Assembly: GCA_963664295.1 (NCBI GenBank)
Contig: OY760935.1
Location: 64,001 to 128,000, forward strand
From: Candidatus Altimarinota bacterium
GTDB taxonomy: Bacteria > Patescibacteriota > Gracilibacteria > CAIRYL01 > GCA-016699755
DNA: 64,000 bases
Direction: 5' to 3'
Position 1 is the stretch's first letter; each line of letters starts with the position of its first letter. Both the position numbers and the translations under genes were made by a program. The notes beneath the pieces were generated by a model. It was not told where the DNA came from. It worked only from the letters and a program-made list of their open reading frames with translations, and did not search any database. Positions 29,811 to 38,694 of the stretch are shown in pieces.

Positions 29811-30140
29811 ATGCCTAGTTCGCTTGAAGCAAAAGAAAAAGTTAAAGAAAACACGATTGCAGAGATAGTTAAGACATTTAAAGAAAAAATTTGCAAAACA
29901 ATGGACGAATATTATGATGCAAAAAGTGATCATTATTCCATAACTCTTATTAAAGATGCTTTTATTCAAATAAAAATAAAATTTATCTTAGTTCAACTTG
30001 ATAGCGCATTAAAAAATGCGATTGATTTTAATAAAGAAAGAGCTTCGCAAACAAAAAAAGAGGTTTTTGAGTTTGCAAGAGGTCAATTGTTAAGAATTGA
30101 TGATGATTTTTTTGATTCAATAAGCGGTAATTCTGAATAA
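29811..30140 (+). CDS. Small hypothetical protein
   Basis: 109-aa ORF preceded by TTGACA-17-GATAAT (29746-29774). Confidence 0.55.
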   Translation: MPSSLEAKEKVKENTIAEIVKTFKEKICKTMDEYYDAKSDHYSITLIKDAFIQIKIKFILVQLDSALKNAIDFNKERASQTKKEVFEFARGQLLRIDDDFFDSISGNSE

Positions 30141-30193
30141 ATTATTGACAAAACTCTTATTTTTATTAAAATAAATTCCTTTTTTGGATAATT

Positions 30194-30367
30194 ATGAGAA
30201 ATTTTGGCAAAGGAAGATTTGGAGATATGGAAGGGCTTGTTTCAGCTTGCAGTTCAGAAAAAATTGATAAAATAAGAAATGAACACACAAAAAAAGATGA
30301 TCAGCCTGAAATTTTGACAGATGATATAGGTAAAAAAACTTTTAAAATCTTAGAAACAGAAGAGTAA
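30194..30367 (+). CDS. Small hypothetical protein (57 aa, below the ORF track cutoff)
   Basis: MRNFGKGRFGDMEGLVSACSS...LETEE; preceded by TTGACA-16-TAAAAT (30145-30172). Confidence 0.45.
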   Translation: MRNFGKGRFGDMEGLVSACSSEKIDKIRNEHTKKDDQPEILTDDIGKKTFKILETEE

Positions 30368-30426
30368 GTAATTTTCGATTTGTTTGACTTTTGTAGTAAA
30401 AATTATAAAGATTAAATTAGCCATTT

Positions 30427-30648
30427 ATGGAAAAGGATAAAAAATATCCAAACCAGCTTTCAGAAAAACCAGAGAATAAAAATTCTGGAGAAAACTCTGT
30501 TAGACACAATAGAATAGCAGAAAGAATGAAAAGTTATCAAAAAGGTCTGCGTACTGTTTTAGATGGACTAGAAAAAGCAATGCCTCTTCCAGCGCCAATA
30601 GAAGTTTTTAAAGACGAACAAGAAGGCAAAAAAAATAACGAAAGCTAA
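30427..30648 (+). CDS. Small hypothetical protein
   Basis: 73-aa hydrophilic ORF preceded by TTGACT at 30384. Confidence 0.5.
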   Translation: MEKDKKYPNQLSEKPENKNSGENSVRHNRIAERMKSYQKGLRTVLDGLEKAMPLPAPIEVFKDEQEGKKNNES

Positions 30649-31913
30649 TTTTCAATAATTTTTCTTAATTTTTCTTCTTTATCCGCAAAAGGACCAATAA
30701 CAGCAAGAGCTAATTTTTGAGGATTAAAAAGTTTTTTGCTTAAATTATTTATATCACTAAGACTAATTTCATTAATTTCTTTGAAAATTTGATCAAGTGA
30801 TTTTGCTTTATTGGTAAGAATTATTTGTGTGCTCAAAAAGCTCGCAATTTCCTCAGAATCTTCCATTTTTAGAGTCAATTTGCCAGTTAGAAAACTTTTT
30901 GCTCTTTTTAATTCTTTTTCAGTAAATCCTTTTTCTGTGGCTTTTTCATACTCTGTTTTTATTGCCTCTATTGCACTCTCAAAACGCATTAAGTCAACAC
31001 CAGCATGAGTTGAGATAACGCCAGTGTCTGCAAAATGATCAGTAGAAGTAGAAATTGAATAGCAAAGACCTCTTTTTTCACGAATTTCTGAAAACATGCG
31101 TGAGCTCATATTGCCACCCATAATTACTGCCATAATACGGGCAATAAAATCTTCATCAGAACCAAAAGGCACCCCAGGATAACCCATAACCAAGTGACCT
31201 TGTTCAGTTTTTTTATCTTTTAGAGAGAATTTTTGCTGATTTATATTTTTTATAAGTCCATTATGTTTGCGAGCAGGTTTATCAGACTTGAAATTGAAAT
31301 ATTCATTTATTTTTTTTATGCCTTCTTCTTTAGTAATATTGCCAGCAACAATAATTAAGGTATTACTTGCTGTATAACAATCATTTTTGTAGTTTACAAA
31401 ATCTTCTCTATTAAATCTTTTTATGTTTTCTTTTGTGCCAATTTGATCCCAACCAAGAGGCTGGTCGCCAAAGAGAAGGTGTTCAAAATCCCAACCAATT
31501 TGATAAATTGGAGTATCTTGATAAAGATTGTATTCTTCTAGGATAACACCTCGTTCTTTTTCAATTTCATTTTGCTCCAGCTTAGCACTTAAAAGCATAT
31601 CCGAAAGCACAGAAAAAGCAGTATCTATGCTATTTTTTGCAGTTTTTACATAATAACCAGTATATTCTTTGCCAGTAAAAGCATTAAAATCACCACCAAC
31701 AGAATCAATAGCAGAAGCAACCTCGCGGGCATTTTTGTAGTGCTCACCACCCTTAAAAAACATATGCTCAAGAAAATGGGAAATACCTCTTTCTTGTTCA
31801 GTTTCATAGCGACTTCCAGCACCAATTAAAACAAGAGTAGTCACAGCCTCTGTGCCCTTAAGAGGATGCACAATAGCGCGTAAATTATTATCGAGAATTT
31901 CAGGTTTTATCAT
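30645..31913 (-). CDS. M16 family (pitrilysin-like) zinc peptidase
   Basis: GSRYE...GISHFLEHMFFKG, NAFT, ERGVILEE, SSRMFSEIREKRGLCY. Confidence 0.94.
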   Translation of the reverse strand: MIKPEILDNNLRAIVHPLKGTEAVTTLVLIGAGSRYETEQERGISHFLEHMFFKGGEHYKNAREVASAIDSVGGDFNAFTGKEYTGYYVKTAKNSIDTAFSVLSDMLLSAKLEQNEIEKERGVILEEYNLYQDTPIYQIGWDFEHLLFGDQPLGWDQIGTKENIKRFNREDFVNYKNDCYTASNTLIIVAGNITKEEGIKKINEYFNFKSDKPARKHNGLIKNINQQKFSLKDKKTEQGHLVMGYPGVPFGSDEDFIARIMAVIMGGNMSSRMFSEIREKRGLCYSISTSTDHFADTGVISTHAGVDLMRFESAIEAIKTEYEKATEKGFTEKELKRAKSFLTGKLTLKMEDSEEIASFLSTQIILTNKAKSLDQIFKEINEISLSDINNLSKKLFNPQKLALAVIGPFADKEEKLRKIIEN

Positions 31914-32031
31914 GACCCAGATTTTTACACAAAAATTCAATAAAGTCACTTAAACTTTTAGAAAAATAAATAAAAAACTTGACATTTAAGATTAAGAAAG
32001 GGAAAATAGGCAAGCTTTTTATTTTAGAAAT

Positions 32032-32304
32032 ATGGCACATAAGAAAGCAGGTGGATCCACCAAGAACGGCCGCGATTCCAATTCCAAGCGCCTTGGAATG
32101 AAATTATACGCAGGTCAAGCAGTAAAATCAGGCAATATTATCGTAAGACAAAGAGGAACAAAGTTTTTTCCAGGCAAAAACACACGCCTAGGAAAAGATT
32201 ATACAATCTTTGCCACTGCTGATGGAGTTATAAATTTTTCAGAAAAAAGATTAAAAAAATTTAATTCTCAAATTCACAGAGATATTTTTATCAATGTAGA
32301 GTAA
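32032..32304 (+). CDS. rpmA: 50S ribosomal protein L27
   Basis: [22 protein letters not shown]...IIVRQRGT. Confidence 0.98.
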   Translation: MAHKKAGGSTKNGRDSNSKRLGMKLYAGQAVKSGNIIVRQRGTKFFPGKNTRLGKDYTIFATADGVINFSEKRLKKFNSQIHRDIFINVE

Positions 32305-32313
32305 TTTAAATTA

Positions 32314-32967
32314 ATGAAAAAAATATTTTTTGTCACAATAGTAAGCTTATCCATGTTGGTTGGGCTTATTTTTATAATTACTGCCAGTAAACACAGAGAC
32401 CCAAATCTTGCTGTAGTGTCAGTAATTACAGAAACAGAGGCAGGATTTGATTTTCAAAAATATTTCACAGATCCATTGTCTGAAGGAAAAACAGAAGCAA
32501 ACATACGCAGAGGAAAAGGGTTTTTTATCAATAAAGATGGATTAGTGCTTACAAATGCTCATGTGGTTTTTGGAGGCGACAAAATACAGGTAAAAATAAA
32601 TAATTCTCAATATTATCCAGCAGAATTAGTAAAAGTTGATCATGAAAAAGACTTAGCCTTTATTAAAATAGATTCAAAATATAGAACACCATATTTAAAA
32701 ATAGCCCAGCAGGAAGTTTTGGAAAATGAAGAAATATATACAATAGATCAAAGTGGAAAAATTTTAAAAACCAATAAAGACATAGAAATAGGCACAAAAA
32801 GTTTTCAAAATACAGTTTTTACAGATTTGCAATTTGATATAGGAGACTCTGGTATGCCGATTTTTAATAATCAAAAAAAAGTGGTTGCCATTAACATGGG
32901 AATTACTAGGGGATTAGGGCATAGCATTGCAACACCAATTAGCAATTTAAGTATTGACGAAAAATAG
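32314..32967 (+). CDS. Trypsin-like (S1C/HtrA-type) serine protease, membrane-anchored, no PDZ
   Basis: N-terminal TM, GKGFFI..LTNAHVV, DLAFIKI, GDSGMP. Confidence 0.85.
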   Translation: MKKIFFVTIVSLSMLVGLIFIITASKHRDPNLAVVSVITETEAGFDFQKYFTDPLSEGKTEANIRRGKGFFINKDGLVLTNAHVVFGGDKIQVKINNSQYYPAELVKVDHEKDLAFIKIDSKYRTPYLKIAQQEVLENEEIYTIDQSGKILKTNKDIEIGTKSFQNTVFTDLQFDIGDSGMPIFNNQKKVVAINMGITRGLGHSIATPISNLSIDEK

Positions 32968-32992
32968 CTTGTTCGAGATAATAAGCCACGCT

Positions 32993-33465
32993 TTTGAGAT
33001 GGTGGAATTGGTAGACGCGAAAAAGCTTAAGCGGGCCAAGTGGCTAAGCAAAAACCACAGAAAGAAAAAATAGCGAATAAAATCCTAGATTAGAATTAAA
33101 ATAAATGTACGGGCGGGTGGTGGAATTGGTAGACGCGAAAAAGCTTAAGCGGGCCAAGTGGCTAAGCAAAAACCACAGAAAGAAAAAATAGCGAATAAAA
33201 TCCTAGATTAGAATTAAAATAAATGTACGGGCGGGTGGCGGAATTGGTAGACGCGAAAAAGCTTAAGCGGGCCAAGTGGCTAAGTAAAAACCACAGAAAG
33301 AAAAAATCGTGAATAAAATCCTAGATTAGAATTAAAATAAATGTACGGGCGGGTGGCGGAATTGGTAGACGCGAAAAAGCTTAAGCGGGCCAAGTGGCTA
33401 AGTAAAAACCACAGAAAGAAAAAATCGTGAATAAAAATCCCAGTTAAAAATAAAGTTAACAATAC
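32993..33465 (+). repeat. Four tandem 118-119 bp units, each starting with the 5' 27 nt of tRNA-Leu
   Basis: Units start at 32993 (degenerate 5' end), 33111, 33229 and 33347 with GGGCGGGTGGYGGAATTGGTAGACGCG. Confidence 0.95.
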
Positions 33466-33554
<89 letters not shown>

Positions 33555-33556
33555 TT

Positions 33557-33911
33557 TTTATCGGGGGCTTGCGTCGCCCCCCTCAGTGGCAAAGCCACTG
33601 AGCCTCCCCCCTCTCGCTCACTTCATTCGCCTTTGGCGAATTATGTTCGCTATTTTTTTAGCAAAAATTATGACCCAGAGTGGAGCAAGCTAGAGTAAAT
33701 ATGGCACGATTTATCGGGGGCTTGCGTCGCCCCCCTCAGTGGCAAAGCCACTGAGCCTCCCCCCTCTCGCTCACTTCATTCGCCTTTGGCGAATTATGTT
33801 CGCTATTTTTTTAGCAAAAATTATGACCCAGAGTGGAGCAAGCTAGAGTAAATATGGCACGATTTATCGGGGGCTTGCGTCGCCCCCCTCAGTGGCAAAG
33901 CCACTGAGCCT
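33557..33911 (+). repeat. 153-bp tandem repeat (2 full copies plus 1 partial) of REP-like multi-hairpin units
   Basis: Starts at 33557, 33710 and 33863; hairpins GGGGGC/GCCCCC, CTCAGTGGC-AAA-GCCACTGAG, TTCGCC-TTT-GGCGAA. Confidence 0.95.
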
Positions 33912-33953
33912 TCTTCTTGCTTCGCTACATTTTACTGTTGGCGTTAAATCAAC

Positions 33954-36197
33954 TTATTGCTCTAGATAATCTAATAAGTGCTCTGTGGCAATTATTTTTC
34001 TTATAGTATCCATTGCTTCTTGAGGTTTATTTTTTAGAAAAGCAACTTTTGTGATTAACGTATTTAGAATTTCTTTTTCTATGTAGCCCAAAGTGCGATC
34101 ATGTGTTTCAGGGGTTTTTGGTGAAGTGCTAATTTTACATACTGCTAATCCAGCGTCGTCATCAAATGGTCTGAGTTTTTCAATAAGTTTTTCCACAATT
34201 TCTTTTGAGCTATAGTCTTCATTTTCTTGTCCTGGATGACCAACAATTGTTTTTAGGTGTTCTAATACGCCTTCTGGCGGATATGATCGTAAAGTGCAAA
34301 ATCCATCAGTATAACTAAGCATTATGTCACCTGGTTTTACTAACCTTATAATGCTATTTTTAAAATGATAAGGATTTGGAACTGGAGGTGGCATTTTTCT
34401 ATGATCTTGTTCATCACTTCTAAGATTAAGATAATTCATATTATTTTGAGTGTCATCATCATTATCAGTCAGTAGACATGGTGCTGGTTGTGAGTTACAA
34501 GACATAAAAGCCATTTGATGTTTTTCTTTTTTTGCTAATTGAGTATGCGGATTAACGCCAGATATAGGCGGAAAGACAAATATAGGGCTAAATGTGGTTT
34601 TTTGTTCATCTTCTTCTATTGATTTGGTAATACGATGGTAATATAGTTTTGCACTTTTATAAAAATCTTGAAATTGATTATAGAATTGATTACCAAAGAC
34701 TATTTTGGCAAGTTCTTTTATGATTTCACTTTCTTCTTTTACAGTATCCATATTCTTCAGAAAACTATTTGGATCAAAAGGTAATAAATTTTGCTCTTTT
34801 TTAAGCATGCTTATGAGGAAATATAAGCCTTTATCTTGAACAATATCTCTGTCTTTGACAGACTCTTCTACATCAGAAGTTAAATCTTTGCCACTCATTA
34901 TTTCTTCGCAAATATCAACAGCGACATCATGACCATGTCTTATCTCCATTGTGTCACCACCACTTACTCCAGGAAGGTCTCCAAGAGTAGTCATGACTAT
35001 TCTTTTGCTTGGATCTTTTATACAAGGCACATTTGCGCTAAAAACCCAATCACCACTTGTGCTTTTGTTTCGCCTGTAAAAACTCCATTCATCTTGACGA
35101 CCTGAATTGTCGAGTGGGCGATAAGTTACTTCTCTTTCTTTTGTATCTATTTTCTCTTTCTTTCTTATTCTTTCTTCCTCTTCGGCAATTTTTTTGCCAA
35201 AAAAAGCAGTAGAATAATTTTCTGGCACCTCTTTTTCTTCAAGTTTTCCCTCTTGTAGCATTGCAAATTTTTCTTGTGTTTTTTTTTCTAATTCTTCGGG
35301 CGAAAGGGGAGTATATGCTTGCGCTGAATTTTTTTCCAATTCTTCTTGTCTGAATACAACAAATTTTAAAAAATTTATCATACTTTGAGCATTGTTTATT
35401 TCAAGGTTTTCTATTTTTTTATAAAATACTTCTAAGGTGCTGTTTTTTGTTTTTTTGCTTAAAGTTGGTAAAGTTGTACCACTTGGATTTGATTGAGCAG
35501 GTAAACATTTAGATTTTATAAAATTTGCTAAGTTTTCTGGCAAATGTTCATCTAGTATTTGTTTAATTAGTTCTATTGCGTCTCCGAGTGTTAGATTTTC
35601 AATTATCTCATTTGTTTTGTCATCTATTTTATCAACAGGAGCTTGTGGTTCTTCTTCGACTTGAGCAATTTGTTCTTTTTTTGATTTATCGTCTGTTTGT
35701 TCAGCTGTTTCATTAACTACTTTATTAACTGAGTTGGCAACTCCTGCTCTTGTTTTTTTTATTTCTTCTATCGCGTTCATAAATTCTGCACGACCTTTTT
35801 CTATTGCTTTTTTGAGTATTGGATCTAGTTTTTCTCTTATTAAAAGTTGTTTTATAATGGCTAAGTGTGTTTTTAGTAGAGGTTTTAATGGCGGTTTTGG
35901 TTTTGTATCTTGTGTTGTTGCGGTTGGATTTGCTATGGTTTTCACAGGTTGTTCAGTGATGTCTTTTTGTTTTGCTTTTTCCTGGTTGTCCGCCTTCTCA
36001 ACTACATTATTAACCCCTGCTTTTATTCTTTTCATTTCTTCTATTGCACTCATAAACTCTGCATGACCTGTGTCAATAGCACTTTTTAACATTGGGTCTA
36101 AGCCATCTCTTTCCAAAAGTTGCTTTGTGACAGCTAAATGTGCTTTCAAAAGAGTTTTGAGTGCCGGACGAGCTTGTTTTTTATTTGGATTGCTCAT
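33954..36197 (-). CDS. Protein with two N-terminal helical repeats and a divergent SpoIIE/PP2C-like phosphatase domain
   Basis: SGDW, LGDLPGVSG, LVKPGDIMLSYTDGF and DDDAGLAVCKI follow the RsbU/SpoIIE motif order. Confidence 0.65.
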   Translation of the reverse strand: MSNPNKKQARPALKTLLKAHLAVTKQLLERDGLDPMLKSAIDTGHAEFMSAIEEMKRIKAGVNNVVEKADNQEKAKQKDITEQPVKTIANPTATTQDTKPKPPLKPLLKTHLAIIKQLLIREKLDPILKKAIEKGRAEFMNAIEEIKKTRAGVANSVNKVVNETAEQTDDKSKKEQIAQVEEEPQAPVDKIDDKTNEIIENLTLGDAIELIKQILDEHLPENLANFIKSKCLPAQSNPSGTTLPTLSKKTKNSTLEVFYKKIENLEINNAQSMINFLKFVVFRQEELEKNSAQAYTPLSPEELEKKTQEKFAMLQEGKLEEKEVPENYSTAFFGKKIAEEEERIRKKEKIDTKEREVTYRPLDNSGRQDEWSFYRRNKSTSGDWVFSANVPCIKDPSKRIVMTTLGDLPGVSGGDTMEIRHGHDVAVDICEEIMSGKDLTSDVEESVKDRDIVQDKGLYFLISMLKKEQNLLPFDPNSFLKNMDTVKEESEIIKELAKIVFGNQFYNQFQDFYKSAKLYYHRITKSIEEDEQKTTFSPIFVFPPISGVNPHTQLAKKEKHQMAFMSCNSQPAPCLLTDNDDDTQNNMNYLNLRSDEQDHRKMPPPVPNPYHFKNSIIRLVKPGDIMLSYTDGFCTLRSYPPEGVLEHLKTIVGHPGQENEDYSSKEIVEKLIEKLRPFDDDAGLAVCKISTSPKTPETHDRTLGYIEKEILNTLITKVAFLKNKPQEAMDTIRKIIATEHLLDYLEQ

Positions 36198-36895
36198 TTT
36201 TTATTAAGAGCTCTGAATAGTAATCACTAAGTAGTGCTTTAGTTTCACTGCTTAGCTCATTTTTTTCTATAATTTCACCTAAAGCCAATAGGTATTTTTT
36301 CATAAGTACACTAGTAGGACTTTGTTCAGCTTGCTCATCAATTTGTTCTTCGCTTAATTCAATAAGTAGATTGTTTATTTTTTCTACTTCACCCACTGCG
36401 CTGGAACCATCTGAGTCATTTACTGAGCAGTTTATTAAAAAAGACTTATCGGCTTGTTCAGTGATACTCACTTCTGTTTTTATATTATTTAAACTTTCTG
36501 TTGCATGTGTCATTTTTTTTGTCATATAAACTATTATTTCGCCATACAGCATATCTCCAATAGTGTCTAAAATTTTTCTCGTTTTTTCATCAAGATCTTT
36601 TTTTAGAATTAGTTTTTTAGTGTCTCTTATGAGATCAGCAATTTGATGCATAATAGGCGGTAATTCTGCTCTTGTTTCAATATTTTTAGGCCTGGGTTCG
36701 CCATTTGCTTGTTCAACTACATTATTAACCCCTGCTTTTATTCTTTTCATTTCTTCTATTGCACTCATAAACTCTGCATGACCTGTGTCAATAGCACTTT
36801 TTAACATTGGGTCTAAGCCATCTCTTTCCAAAAGTTGCTTTGTGACAGCTAAATGTGCTTTCAAAAGAGTTTTGAGTGCCGGACGAGCTTGTTTT
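35998..36895 (-). repeat. 183-bp identical direct repeat (35998-36180 and 36713-36895) encoding the N-termini of two adjacent genes
   Basis: Base-by-base identity; encodes KQARPALKTLL...GVNNVVE. Confidence 0.95.
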
Positions 36896-36912
36896 CTGTT
36901 TGGATTATCCAT
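36181..36912 (-). CDS. Hypothetical protein sharing its N-terminal ~61 aa with the downstream gene
   Basis: 243-aa ORF, overlaps the next gene by 17 bp. Confidence 0.7.
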   Translation of the reverse strand: MDNPNRKQARPALKTLLKAHLAVTKQLLERDGLDPMLKSAIDTGHAEFMSAIEEMKRIKAGVNNVVEQANGEPRPKNIETRAELPPIMHQIADLIRDTKKLILKKDLDEKTRKILDTIGDMLYGEIIVYMTKKMTHATESLNNIKTEVSITEQADKSFLINCSVNDSDGSSAVGEVEKINNLLIELSEEQIDEQAEQSPTSVLMKKYLLALGEIIEKNELSSETKALLSDYYSELLIKNEQSK

Positions 36913-37054
36913 TTTGTATTATTGTATTAAAATTAAGTTATTCATATTATTATAAACTTTTTTTGTTATAAAGTCAAAATGTAGATATTTATTATCTTCA
37001 CTAATTTATTTTTATAAAAAAAATTGCTATATTGAAAATAATTATTGTTTAACA

Positions 37055-38188
37055 GTGAAAAAAACAGAAAATCATAATCAAATTAAGGATATTCAAAAGT
37101 ATTTTTTAATTGGAGTGCTTTTAATTTCGCTTTTTTTATTATTTTCTTTTATTAAAGAATTTTTTGGTACTTTGCTAGTTGCAGCTACTACTGTGACAGC
37201 AATTTATCCTGTTCATAAGTTTTTATCGAAAAAAATTAAAATTAAGCCCACTTTTTCTGCTTTATTAAGCCTGTTTTTATTAGTGGTAATTATTCTTATT
37301 CCTTTGACTATGTTTTTGGCCTCAGTAGTTAATCAGGCTTCTGATGCTTATTATTCTGTTAGTGTAAAAATTAACAACTTAATTGATGCTGATTTTGATC
37401 AATTTGCCTTACTGGAGAGTGTAAATCATTGGCTTTTTAATACATTTGGTGTGACAGAGATTTCTATGGATGATATTTTTGCAACTATTAGCGATTTTAT
37501 TGGGTCTGTGAGTAGTTTTTTGATTAAAAATGCTGGCAATGTTTTAAAGCAATTTTCTTTTTTTCTTTTACACATAATTATTTTTCTTTTGGCTTTGTTT
37601 TATTTTATTCGTGATGGAGATAAGATTATTAAATACACTCGTTCTTTAATTCCTTTGTCTGATAATTATAAAAATGAACTTTTTAGTAAAATGTATCAAC
37701 TGATGCATTCAATTGTTTTTGGTCTTTTTGGCGCGGCTGTGGTCCAAGGATTTTTGGTTGGATTAGGACTTTCCCTGGTTGGCGTGCATAATGCGGCTTT
37801 TTGGGGTGCAGTTGCAGCGATTATGTCACCTATTCCTTATATTGGCACTGCGGTTATTTGGGTTCCGGTTGTGCTTTCTTTGTTTATTGAGGGCAGAATT
37901 GGTGCTGGCTTGTTTCTTTTGCCCTGGTGTATGGTGATTGTGGGTTTTTCTGATAATGTTATTAAGCCTTATATTATTGGCTCTGCTGCTACTTTACATC
38001 CTTTTGCTGTTATGTTGGTGATTTTGGGTGGTACTTTTGCTTTTGGCTTTAAGGGGCTTATTTTTGGCCCTTTTATTCTTGCTATCACACTTGCTTTTTT
38101 ACATATTTATCAGTTGGAATATAGCGATGTTTTAATTAAAAAAAAGGCAATAAAAAAAGTTAGAAAATTAAATAAAACTAAAAAATAA
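37055..38188 (+). CDS. AI-2E family transporter
   Basis: Multiple TMs, FYFIRDG, IPYIGT..IWVP, DNVIKP.IIG...LHP...GG..AFG..GLIFGP. Confidence 0.92.
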   Translation: MKKTENHNQIKDIQKYFLIGVLLISLFLLFSFIKEFFGTLLVAATTVTAIYPVHKFLSKKIKIKPTFSALLSLFLLVVIILIPLTMFLASVVNQASDAYYSVSVKINNLIDADFDQFALLESVNHWLFNTFGVTEISMDDIFATISDFIGSVSSFLIKNAGNVLKQFSFFLLHIIIFLLALFYFIRDGDKIIKYTRSLIPLSDNYKNELFSKMYQLMHSIVFGLFGAAVVQGFLVGLGLSLVGVHNAAFWGAVAAIMSPIPYIGTAVIWVPVVLSLFIEGRIGAGLFLLPWCMVIVGFSDNVIKPYIIGSAATLHPFAVMLVILGGTFAFGFKGLIFGPFILAITLAFLHIYQLEYSDVLIKKKAIKKVRKLNKTKK

Positions 38189-38268
38189 TTAAATTTATTG
38201 TGTGAAAAGTTTAATTACAATATTAAGTAAGAATTATTGCTTGATGTTGTTTTTTGTAGCACAAAGCG

Positions 38269-38321
38269 AAAATGCTTCCCCATTAGTGCCGCCAAGCAAA
38301 AAATATTCGGAGAAACATTTT
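38269..38321 (-). ncRNA. Candidate small RNA hairpin with UUGGCG loop
   Basis: 13-bp stem that pairs fully only on the minus strand (2 G-U); minus-strand TTTACT-18-TAAAAT promoter with TG extension (38357-38328) puts the predicted start at the stem base. Confidence 0.55.
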
Positions 38322-38401
38322 CATTTTATTTTATCATAAAATTTTATAAGAAGTAAAGTGTTTTTTCCTATTATTTTTATATATAAAAAACAGATTTACT
38401 C

Positions 38402-38430
38402 TTGACAAATATTCTTTTTTATTATACAAT
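38402..38430 (+). promoter_or_regulatory. Sigma70 promoter for the PrsW-family gene leader
   Basis: TTGACA-17 bp-TACAAT. Confidence 0.75.
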
Positions 38431-38460
38431 ATATAACGAAGATAACAAAAAAATATGTTA

Positions 38461-38518
38461 AAAATGCTTTCTCCCTTAAACAGTGCCGCCAAGCAAATAT
38501 TCGGAGAGACATTTTTTT
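38461..38518 (+). promoter_or_regulatory. Leader hairpin with CGCCAA loop and U-tract, paralogous to 38269-38321
   Basis: AAAATG(C)TTTCTCC/GGAGAGACATTTT stem, inner TGC-CGCCAA-GCA, T7 run; lies inside possible uORF 38455-38538. Confidence 0.55.
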
Positions 38519-38694
38519 ATAATTTAACCCCATTTTAAACAAAAATTAAAATTCGGAAATTAAAAGTAAGTATTAATTTAGGCTGAAAAAGTAGTTTTTA
38601 CTCATTTTTTATTTAGTAAAAACAATCTAATCGGTTTTTAAAGAGCTTGCTTTACACAGAAGTCTTGGTGGCAAAAAATTTAACCCAAAAAAAA

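Noticed and set aside
32993-33465. CRISPR array (27-nt repeat at regular spacing)
   Set aside because: The intervening ~91-bp segments are near-identical rather than unique, the repeat is a tRNA fragment, and there are no cas genes in the window.
38269-38518. T-box or known riboswitch
   Set aside because: No T-box consensus or specifier stem, and no riboswitch consensus that I recognise; an Rfam search would be needed to exclude this fully.
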